Positions 12,513-21,294 of a stretch of DNA of 45,526 bases are shown one piece after another. The notes below the pieces were generated by a model, which was not told the DNA's origin, ran no database searches, and saw only the letters and a program-made list of their open reading frames with translations. Position numbers and translations under genes: made by a program. The stretch comes from Cladosporium halotolerans. Lineage: Eukaryota. The stretch spans positions 558,001 through 603,526 of the forward strand of contig NW_027191466.1 of the NCBI RefSeq assembly GCF_011745625.1, read 5' to 3'. Every line of letters begins with the position of its first letter. The stretch's first letter is position 1.

Positions 12513-13093
12513 GATATAGTATGAGGAAGGCGACTCTCATGACGTACGCCCAGTATACATACACGCACGAAGTAGTATTGTTGGCTACATACGGGCAGCG
12601 ACAACGCGTCCACTTCTCACACTGTCGATTCTGACCAGACTTGGCAGCTTCAACCGATCAACGAAAGTTGTGATATTCATGACACTTTGCCGGGCGCTAG
12701 GAAAGCCAGAGAATACTGACGATCTCAAGAGTCTGTTTAAATCCTCGTTCAAAGCATTTGCTCACCTCTTAAGACGACTAAGTCCTATTGGAAATGAACG
12801 ACATAGGGTCGATAGGGTTAGGGTTGGGGTTATACGCTCAGCGAAACAGCTGGCCAATCCCGCACAATCCCGAAATCGAAGAGCGGCAGCATCCTTGACC
12901 AACTGATAGTCATCAACTTTTGATCACATACTCACATACCGCGAGAACTCCAATCACTTCCTTTGCTCCCTTGATTGCCGTGATGCCTGATCAGCCTCAG
13001 CCCCAAAGTCAGACTCACACATGAAATGTGAGGCAAAACGCTGAACTATCGCCTGTGCCCAAACCCTCACAACAACACCACCGGATCAGAAGA

Positions 13094-14285
13094 TCAGTAT
13101 GTCGCTGTCAGACGCTGAACAAGATACTCGCCGCTAGTGAAGAATGGGTCAGTATCTGAACTCAGGCATGCAAAGGATTGACCCACCTGTTGATTCCGGG
13201 GTACTTCTTCCCCTTCGCCTCGTCGACTGTGTTAGGAATGGCATCGATGTAGCTCTCAAAATTCGGGTTGCAAAAATACGCGATGCTGTATCTCGCAGGG
13301 TGGACTCCGCTCGCAGCCGGCGCAGGCGGCTCAACAACACGATGCTTCGTGCTCTTGATGGTGTCGTTTGACCATCTTGCGAGCAAGTCGGCAGCGTTCA
13401 CGACGATAGTGTCCTCGATGGGTGTGGCGTTGACGAAGTTACCGTTAGGAGAAAGTACCTGCAATCCGCCAGCCATGTCCTGGAAAAGCAAGGTAATTGA
13501 GCCTATGATGTTCATTGTCAGTGGAGTAGGAGAGGATCAATCGCCGGGTAGGGGAGTATACTGCGAGTACGGTCAGCAAGGTCAGTCATGCTGTTCTCAG
13601 AATTTCACACTCACCCATAGTCCGTGTGCGCTCCGGCCCTCACCTTCCTCTCATTCTCCTTGAAGACAGTCGCCTTCACCTCAGGGTAATGCAGGAGTCT
13701 AAGTGTATTGTCTCCCACATCGCAATACTTATCAAACCACTTCTCATCAATACCCAAACCCACAGCAATCGCTCTCATGACCTGCACATGCAAGTCCTTG
13801 CACTTCTCGAAAAAGTCAAGCATGGAAGCCTTGAACTTCTCGCCATCGACCTCAGGCCAATGGTTCGGGTGATCCTTCTCCCCTTCCCTGCCAATCTCCA
13901 AGCTCTCCTTGATATCCTCGCCCTCAGCGGCACGGAGCTCCTCGATTTCTTTGGCATCCGTGAAATCCGTGACTTTCTCGCGGCCTTGAGCTACGTAGCC
14001 TCTGTTCGCCTCTGGCGTTGTCCAAGCCAGAGCGTCTTTCTGGCTTTGCGGACGGGCGAAGAACTCGGCCGACTGTGCAAAGGTATGCTGGACTACGTCC
14101 TTCGGGATGCCATGGTTGCGGAGGTAGATGAAACCGGCATTCTGGAAACCAGAAAGAATGGCTTTAGCAGTGGTGAGTTTGGTTTCGGCGCTTGCGGTGG
14201 GACTGGAGAAAGTGGAGAAGTCGATGAGAGGGATCTCGAGGGAGTCGTGGGAGACAGCTGAGGTCACTTGCGGAATTGCGGTCAT
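13094..14285 (-). CDS. T7H: Thymine 7-hydroxylase / thymine dioxygenase (2OG-Fe(II) oxygenase); exons 14285-13616, 13502-13187, 13133-13094; 341 aa
   Basis: IPLIDFS, GFQNAGFIYLRN, WTTPEANRGY, DIKESLEIGRE, LRLLHYP, RAGAHTDYGSITLLFQD (HxD), TKHRVVEPP (distal His), RYSIAYFCNPN and C-terminal GEYLVQRLTATY closely match the fungal T7H sequence as I recall it. It lies divergent to IDC. Confidence 0.92.
13503..13615 (-). other. Complex intervening sequence: predicted [D1,2]/[A2,3] spliceosomal twin intron (stwintron) in the T7H gene
   Basis: Minus strand reads TAT G | G GTGAGT...GCTGAC...CGCAG TATACT...ACTGAC...CATAG | GC TCA. It has two branch-point/acceptor sets, and single-intron excision frameshifts the HTDYGS motif. 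Confidence 0.8.
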
Positions 14286-14442
14286 GTTGAACAAGTGAGC
14301 TGCGGCTCGGTGATTGAATCTTTGATTGTGGATTATTGAGACTGATAGCTAGGTCGTGGGCGAAGTCGCATTCCATATACCTGGCCTTTTGCGTCTCGAG
14401 TTACGGCGTGAATGGGGTAAAGCCGCCCGGCCAGATTGCTCC

Positions 14443-14572
14443 CTTATCTTTATCATGCGCCTAGGTGGTACACGAGCTTCCGAGCTGCCTGCCTTATCCG
14501 GTATCTTGTTTTGATGTGCTGGCTTATCGCATGCGGCGGGGTCCGGGCCTTGGTGGGGTACGCGACGTGGGG
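14443..14572. promoter_or_regulatory. GATA (AreA-like) and SYGGRG (CreA-like) site cluster in the T7H-IDC bidirectional promoter
   Basis: TTATC at about 14444, 14450, 14494 and 14524; GCGGGG at 14536 and GTGGGG at 14553 and 14567. Confidence 0.55.
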
Positions 14573-14783
14573 ATGAGTACCATTGATGAGGAGCCTAAGT
14601 AGGCACAAGGTAACATAGCAATCTAAGCAATCCAACCCAAATTGAAGAATTAGGCGCTGGTACAAATCCGCTTGATCATTGACTCTGCTTGGCATCCTCT
14701 CCATTCACTTCTTAGTAAACTACCCACTCATACCCTTTGATTCCATCAGAAACCGACTTGCAGCATCGAGAACAACCGCAACC

Positions 14784-15881
14784 ATGCCAGTCGTCGATGT
14801 CCATACCCATGTCTACCCTCCAGCCTATATGGCTCTGTTACGCTCCAGGGGCGAAGTCCCCTACGTCCGCTCATTTCCAGACTCACCCAACCCAATGCAG
14901 GAACGCCTCGTGATCCTCCCCGCCGAAGACACAGCCAGCACTTCGCGAGGACGACCAATCGGGCCCGAATACTACGACATCAACCAAAAGCTGGCCTTCA
15001 TGGACACCCACAGCATCGACATCTCAGTCCTAAGCCTCGCAAATCCCTGGCTAGATTGGCTACCCGCCGACACAGCCGCCAAAACCGCCCAAGAGATCAA
15101 CGACGACGTGAATGCGATGTGCGCCCTTCATCCCGAGCGACTGTACGCTTTCGGTACTCTGCCACTTTCAGCAAAAGCCGGCGACATCGTGGCGGAAATC
15201 GCCCGCCTCAACACGCTCGACCAAATGCGCGGCGTGATCATCGGCACCTCAGGTATGGGAGCCGGGCTCGACGACCCGGCTCTAGACCCAGTCTACGCAG
15301 CGCTGGAAGCTCACGGTCAGATCATCTTCCTACACCCGCATTATGGCCTGCCTTCGTCCGTCTACGGTCCTCGCGCTGGAGACTATGGCCACGTTCTTCC
15401 TCTTGCGCTCGGCTTTCCTTTAGAAACTACAATCGCCGTCACGCGAATGCTACTCTCAGGAGTCTTCGATCGCTTCCCGAAACTGTCCGTCCTTCTCGCG
15501 CATTCGGGTGGCACGCTGCCGTTCTTGGCTGGGCGCATTGAGAGCTGCATTGAGCACGACGGCCACCTGCACGGCCAGCCCGGCTTCAAGTCGAGACGAA
15601 GCGTGTGGGATGTGTTGAAGAACAACGTCTACCTGGATGCAGTGGCTTACGGTAAAGCGGGCTTGAAAGCAGCTGTCGAGGTTAGTGGCGCGGACAGGTT
15701 GATGTTTGGGACAGACCACCCGTTCTTCCCACCTTTGGATGAGGGGCAAGAGAAATGGATGAGTGTGAGCACGAACGAGCAGGCAGTGGCGACGACTTTT
15801 GATGGGGATAAAGAGATAGTGGACGCGGTGATGGGCGGCAACGCGGTGAAGATGCTGAAGTTGGTGAAGACGTCGTCTTAG
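14784..15881 (+). CDS. IDC: Uracil-5-carboxylate (iso-orotate) decarboxylase, amidohydrolase superfamily, 365 aa
   Basis: Starts MPVVDVHTHVYPP (HxH). Contains SVLSLANPWLD, FLHPHYGLP..VYGPR..YGHVLPLALGFPLETTIAV, LAHSGGTLPFLAGRIESCIEHD and LMFGTDHPFFPP, matching fungal IDCases. Head-to-head with T7H. Confidence 0.93.
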   Translation: MPVVDVHTHVYPPAYMALLRSRGEVPYVRSFPDSPNPMQERLVILPAEDTASTSRGRPIGPEYYDINQKLAFMDTHSIDISVLSLANPWLDWLPADTAAKTAQEINDDVNAMCALHPERLYAFGTLPLSAKAGDIVAEIARLNTLDQMRGVIIGTSGMGAGLDDPALDPVYAALEAHGQIIFLHPHYGLPSSVYGPRAGDYGHVLPLALGFPLETTIAVTRMLLSGVFDRFPKLSVLLAHSGGTLPFLAGRIESCIEHDGHLHGQPGFKSRRSVWDVLKNNVYLDAVAYGKAGLKAAVEVSGADRLMFGTDHPFFPPLDEGQEKWMSVSTNEQAVATTFDGDKEIVDAVMGGNAVKMLKLVKTSS

Positions 15882-16381
15882 AATCAACGGAATAATCAAA
15901 ACATTTGGCCTGCAATGTCAGGGCACGACAGCAATCACCAGACTGCTTGCCTCTACGCGTGAGCACCAAGCCAATTCCATGTCATGAACGAAGATACAAT
16001 AGGCTTCGCCGTTCTGGAACAATGATCGTACGTTTTATTAGGCGATCAGTCTGTTTACCGAGAAAAAGCAGCTTAGCAAGTGCCAACTTCGATACGAGGC
16101 GCAAGCCACGTGCAATTGAACGCCTAGAGTTAACCTAACGGCTCGCATGTCTGTAGATTTTGGTTGTTGCCGGCAATAAGAGGGACGATCGCTTCGGGTT
16201 ACCGAGAGAGCTCGATGCGGGGTGTTGATCTCGCCAACAGCGACTTCGGAACAAAGGTGCATGAAGGCAGTACATATGCTCGCGAACATTTTTTACGACA
16301 AGCAGCAATCTCTCTGATATTTTGAATTCCGAATATTCTGGTAGTTATTCCTTTAGTAAACATATAATAGAAGTTGCGAAC

Positions 16382-17794
16382 ATGACAAGCTTATCGACAA
16401 AGCTCGCTGAGCGCGAGGCCAGCGGAAACCCTATCCAGATTGGTCTGATTGGCGCTGGCAAGTTTGGATCTATGTGTAAGTATTGTTGGAACGTTCAGTG
16501 GGATGAATGTGTACTGATACCATGCGCAGTTGTCTCACAAGTTCACCGATCACCCGGTATGCGACTGGCTGGTATCGCCGACCTGTCCAAAGAAAGAGCT
16601 CTTGCGTCTCTCAAACGTACGGGCTTTCCAGAAGAGAAATATGACTCGCAAGCGACTACATCAGTGGCCGACGGCATCAGCAGTGGAAAGACGGCTATTA
16701 CCACGGATTCAGCAGAGCTGATCGCTACGCCTGGCGTCGATGTCATCCTAGAAGTCACAGGTAGCCCAGCTGCTGGCGTTCGCCATGCTCTTCTTTGTTG
16801 CGAGCACAAGAAGCACATCGTCATGATCAATGTCGAAGCAGACGTTCTCGCTGGCCCGCTGCTTGCTCGCAAGGCACAGGAGGCCGGCATCATCTATAGC
16901 ATGGCTTACGGCGACCAGCCTGCTCTCATTGCCGAGCTTGTCGATTGGGCGCGGACTGCGGGCTTCGATGTTGTCTGTGCCGGCAAAGGCACCAAGCACT
17001 TGCCTGCGTACCACGCTTCGACGCCGGACACGGTATGGTCGCATTACGGGCTCACGCAGGAGCAGACGAAGGACTTAAATCCGCAGATGTTCAACTCGTT
17101 CCTCGACGGGACGAAGAGTGCATTGGAAATGGCAGCCGTCGCGAATGCGTGCGACTTGACGCCTCCGAAGGCTGGTCTTCGCTTCCCTCCGTGCGGCATC
17201 CATGACCTTCCGAATGTGCTGAGGCCCGCGAGTGACGGCGGTCAACTCGACAAGAAGGGGACCGTGGAAGTCGTTTCCTGCCTAGAAACGGACGGCCGTC
17301 CTGTGTTCAATGACTTACGATGGGGGGTCTATGTCGTCTTCGAGGCTCCCGGAGAATATCAGAAGGAATGCTTCGCACAGTATGGCATGAAGACGGATTC
17401 CACCGGTCGATACGCCGCACAGAGCAAACCGTACCATCTCATTGGACTAGAGCTTGGAGTCAGTGTCGCGACAATCATGTGTCGGGGCGAGCCGACTGGT
17501 TCCAGCAAGACCTTCGCTGGCGATGTCGTTGCCACCGCGAAGCGCGATCTGCAAACCGGGGAGAAGCTTGACGGCGAGGGGGGCTTCATGGTCTACGGAA
17601 AGCTGATGCCCGCTCGTGACTCCCTGGCTATCGAGGGGTTGCCCATAGGGCTCGCACATGGCTTGGTGCTGAAGAAGGACATCAAGCAAGGTTCGGGTCT
17701 CAGTTGGCAGGATGTCGAATGGAGCGAGAAATCGCAGGCGGTGGCTGTGCGTCGCGAGATGGAAGCCATGTATCGGAAGCAGCTAGGCGCGTGA
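16382..17794 (+). CDS. NAD(P)-dependent oxidoreductase, homoserine-dehydrogenase-like with C-terminal SAF domain (COG4091-type); one intron 16476-16529
   Basis: Rossmann motif IGLIGAGKFGSM(F), HIVMINVEADVLAGPLLA, AYGDQPA, AGKGTK, NPQMFNSFLDGTKSALEMAAVANA, PYHLIGLELG, and SAF-like DVVATAKRDLQTGEKLDGEGG...LPIGLAHG. The 54-nt GTAAGT...ACTGAT...CAG intron is in frame. Confidence 0.85.
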   Translation: MTSLSTKLAEREASGNPIQIGLIGAGKFGSMCKYCWNVQWDECVLIPCAVVSQVHRSPGMRLAGIADLSKERALASLKRTGFPEEKYDSQATTSVADGISSGKTAITTDSAELIATPGVDVILEVTGSPAAGVRHALLCCEHKKHIVMINVEADVLAGPLLARKAQEAGIIYSMAYGDQPALIAELVDWARTAGFDVVCAGKGTKHLPAYHASTPDTVWSHYGLTQEQTKDLNPQMFNSFLDGTKSALEMAAVANACDLTPPKAGLRFPPCGIHDLPNVLRPASDGGQLDKKGTVEVVSCLETDGRPVFNDLRWGVYVVFEAPGEYQKECFAQYGMKTDSTGRYAAQSKPYHLIGLELGVSVATIMCRGEPTGSSKTFAGDVVATAKRDLQTGEKLDGEGGFMVYGKLMPARDSLAIEGLPIGLAHGLVLKKDIKQGSGLSWQDVEWSEKSQAVAVRREMEAMYRKQLGA

Positions 17795-18641
17795 GCGTGA
17801 TGGGGACCTGGGTGTATTGAAAGCTTGATAGAGGAGAACTGTCTCATATGCTCGTATCGGGTTGAGCTTGGTAGTGCCGGTACGAGCAGGCTGAAAGTAC
17901 TAAACCTTGTACATGGTACTCCAGGCAATCTAGAGTATCTAAACATCTGCAGCTGGAGCAACAGTGACGTTAGTGGCGCTCTGAAGGCCGGGGATCAAAA
18001 CAACCACGACAACTTCGTTGCATCTGGAGGCGCGTTCGCTTGTGACCGGCAGCCGTCGGACCTGCATCGCAGGCGCCGATTCGTGTGTCACGCGACATCC
18101 GCGGTGAAGGACGCTTCTGCCTCCACCTGCCGGCTCGCAGCACAATATAGCTTGAGATGAGAGCAATATTACCGTGACCGCGCGGTCGTGTCGATCTATC
18201 GTGCTGCGCTCGCTGCGCCTTGCAATCCCTGCACCCTCGGTTCGGCGGCTCAGGGCGACCGCCCGCTGCTTTCCGCTGCCGACCAGCCTTCAGATCCACG
18301 CCGACCCATCACGACTTTCACTGACCTGCCTCATGCGGCAAGACGTCAACGGCCATGTCACCAGCCGATCCAACGGCCCCGACCTTGGTCGAAGCATCGC
18401 CCATGTCTACCCAATAATGACCTGCCCGCCCGGGTTCGTTCGGCCGCCCGCTAGACGACAACAGGTAGGTGCCTGCTCGTGTCAAACGTGCTTCTGCAGG
18501 GCCAAAACCAGATCAGACAATGTTACGCCTGGGCTAAATGCTTGAGCGCCGTAGCTCACGATACTTAAAGGCTTGTCCTGCAGCCCCCCGCTAGACTCCC
18601 ATCCCCATTCGCACGCCTGGTTCGTGGCTTAGGTCTTGACC

Positions 18642-20359
18642 ATGCTTTTCTCATCAAGCCTTTTGGCTCTTCTTGGCCTTTCCTGCACAGCTTCTGCCCT
18701 CAACCCTGCCGAGAAGGCTTTCAGAAAGGCACAGCGCCCTCAGCCGGTCATCGAGAAGAGAGTTGCCAACGAACCCTTCAAGAACGAGCGTCTCCAGAAG
18801 CGCGCTTTCAACTACCTCACCAACTCCACTGAGAAATATGTTGTGAACGGTACCGGCATTCCTGACGTGCCCTTCGACATCGGCGAGTCCTACGCCGGCC
18901 TGCTGCCCATCTCTGGCGATGCCGACGAGACGCGCGAGCTGTTCTTCTGGTTCTTCCCTACCACTAACCCGGACCCTCAAGAAGAGATCACTATTTGGTT
19001 CAACGGTGGTCCCGGCTGTAGCTCATTGAGCGGTCTGCTAACGGAGAATGGTCCTTTCACATGGGAGGCCGGTACTCTTGCCCCGGTCCAGAACCCGTAC
19101 ACTTGGGTCAACCTGACCAACATGGTCTGGGTCGAGCAGCCCATCGGCGTCGGCTTCACGCAAGGCACACCGAACATTACCAACGAAGTCCAGCTCGGCC
19201 AGCAATTCGTCGGCTTCTACAAGCAGTTCGTCAAGACTTTCGGCGTCGAGGGCTGGGACCTTTACCTGACCGGTGAGAGCTACGGTGGCTACTACGTTCC
19301 GTACATCGCAGACGCTTTCATCACCGCCGACGACCCGGACATGCCTCTCAAGGGTATCAACATCAACGATCCCATCATTGGAGACGATACTACCCAGCAG
19401 GAGGTGGTAATCGCTCCCTACCTGGAGTACTGGAACAACCTTCTCTTCCTCAACCAGTCCTTCTTGGACCGCGTCTGGGAGCGCAATGACGAATGCGGCT
19501 ACACCGAGTACCTTGAGAAGTACCTGACATTCCCTCCGCCGCAGGAGTCGTTCCCTGTCCTTCCGGCCGCCACATATGCGAACAACTACTCGTGTGATCA
19601 GTTCGAGAACGCCTACGAGGCCATTCTGGAGATCAACCCGTGCTTCAACATTTACCACATCACCGAAACTTGTCCGCACCCCTACTCCGTTCTCGGTGCC
19701 GTCAACACGGGTGACTACGTCCCTCCTGGTGCCCAGATCTACTTCAACCGCACGGATGTTCAGGCTGCTCTGAACGTGCCTCCTTCGGACTGGGCCCAGT
19801 GCAAGAACGGCGTCTTCCGCGACCCCGAGACCAACCAGACTGTCAGTGACGAGAGCTTGGGTCCTGCCCAGAACGGCGTGCTGCAGCGTGTTATCGAGTA
19901 CACGAACAACACTCTGATTGGCTCCGGTAACCTTGACATGCTCCTCAACACCAACGGCACTCTTCTTGCCATCCAGAACATGACCGTGAGTTTCCCAATC
20001 CTTTTCTCAAATCTTACAAAGCTAACATTAAACAGTGGCACGGCGTCCAGGGCCTCCAGTCCTACCCTGACACTCCATTCTACGCACCCTACCACCCCGA
20101 GTACAACGGTGGCGCTCTTGCTGGAGCTGGCTACCTCGGATCCTGGGGCCACGAGCGTGGCTTGACCTTCTACCAGGTCCAGCTTGCAGGTCACGAGCTT
20201 CCTGGCTATGCGCCCGGTGCTTCTTACAGGACTCTCGAGCTCCTTCTCGGACGCGTGAAGTCCTTGAGCGACGTTTCCTCGTTCACCACTCAAAGTGGCA
20301 ACTTCACCGGCACTTCGCCGCTGTACAGGAGGAACGCTGCATTCGGCGGCTACACCTAA
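18642..20359 (+). CDS. Secreted serine carboxypeptidase (S10, CpdS/PepF-like); intron 19986-20035
   Basis: Signal peptide MLFSSSLLALLGLSCTASA, KR propeptide sites, GESYAGLLPI, IWFNGGPGCSSL, EQPIGVGF, catalytic Ser in GESYGG and catalytic His in LAGHELP. Confidence 0.92.
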
Positions 20360-21294
20360 GATTTATGCTTAAAGACAGGAGGACACTAGACACGACAGTA
20401 TGAAATGTACGAATGCGATGGCAGCAATTTAAGCTTGCGCACACAAATCAGTTAGTCCTCGCCCCGGGTTGATATGCCCATGTGTCCGCAATTATGCAGA
20501 ATTTATTCTCAACACGTTCACTTGGTTTCCACTACTCAAGTCCGTTTCCAACTCACGTTTTGAGTTCCAAATGTAAACGACCCCATAGGTTCTCTCCGTG
20601 CTTACCCCCCACGCCGAGCCACCAACAAATTGCAGGCGTCCCGCCGTCGCCTTGGCTTCGATCTCGGACCTCTACTTTCATGTCGCGACTGCCGGCATAA
20701 TTGACGCAACAACCGTCGCACGCACGTGGCTTACCCGTGGTCGAAAGATTCTGGCCGTCCAGTCGTAATCCCCAATGGCATCAAAGAAACACTAGCTGTC
20801 TGACCTAATCCACCGCACCAGCGGTTCACCCAGCACCCCGGAAACACTGCAGAAAGATCACCAGCGCACAGCCGACTATCACTGCACGGCTGGTTGGCTG
20901 TCGCCCGCATACCAAGCCTCGGCGCGCCCATGTCAAGTCCAACGAAGCGTAGCAAAGTCGCTGCCGCGCTCAGCCAAATCCCACGACGGCATGTCACCCA
21001 AGCTATTCGTGCCTTGCACTTTTGGGGCCAGAACGCACTAGCATGCACCCTTATCGTCCGCGTTCCCTGCTTTCCACGCGTGCGCGGTAGGGTTGCTGAG
21101 ATGTCATCGGTGTCGCCGACCTCGGGTGGGCGGACTGGGCTGGCTGGTGGTTTTTTGTTTCTTGTCTTGTTTGCCTGTCTTTTAGTGCTGGTATTGCAGT
21201 CCCCCGTACTCTGCTGAATTGATTTTTTGACATATTATTTTGCTGTGTACACGAGACTACATCTACGCTTCTGAACCACCACTGCCAGGCCGCC

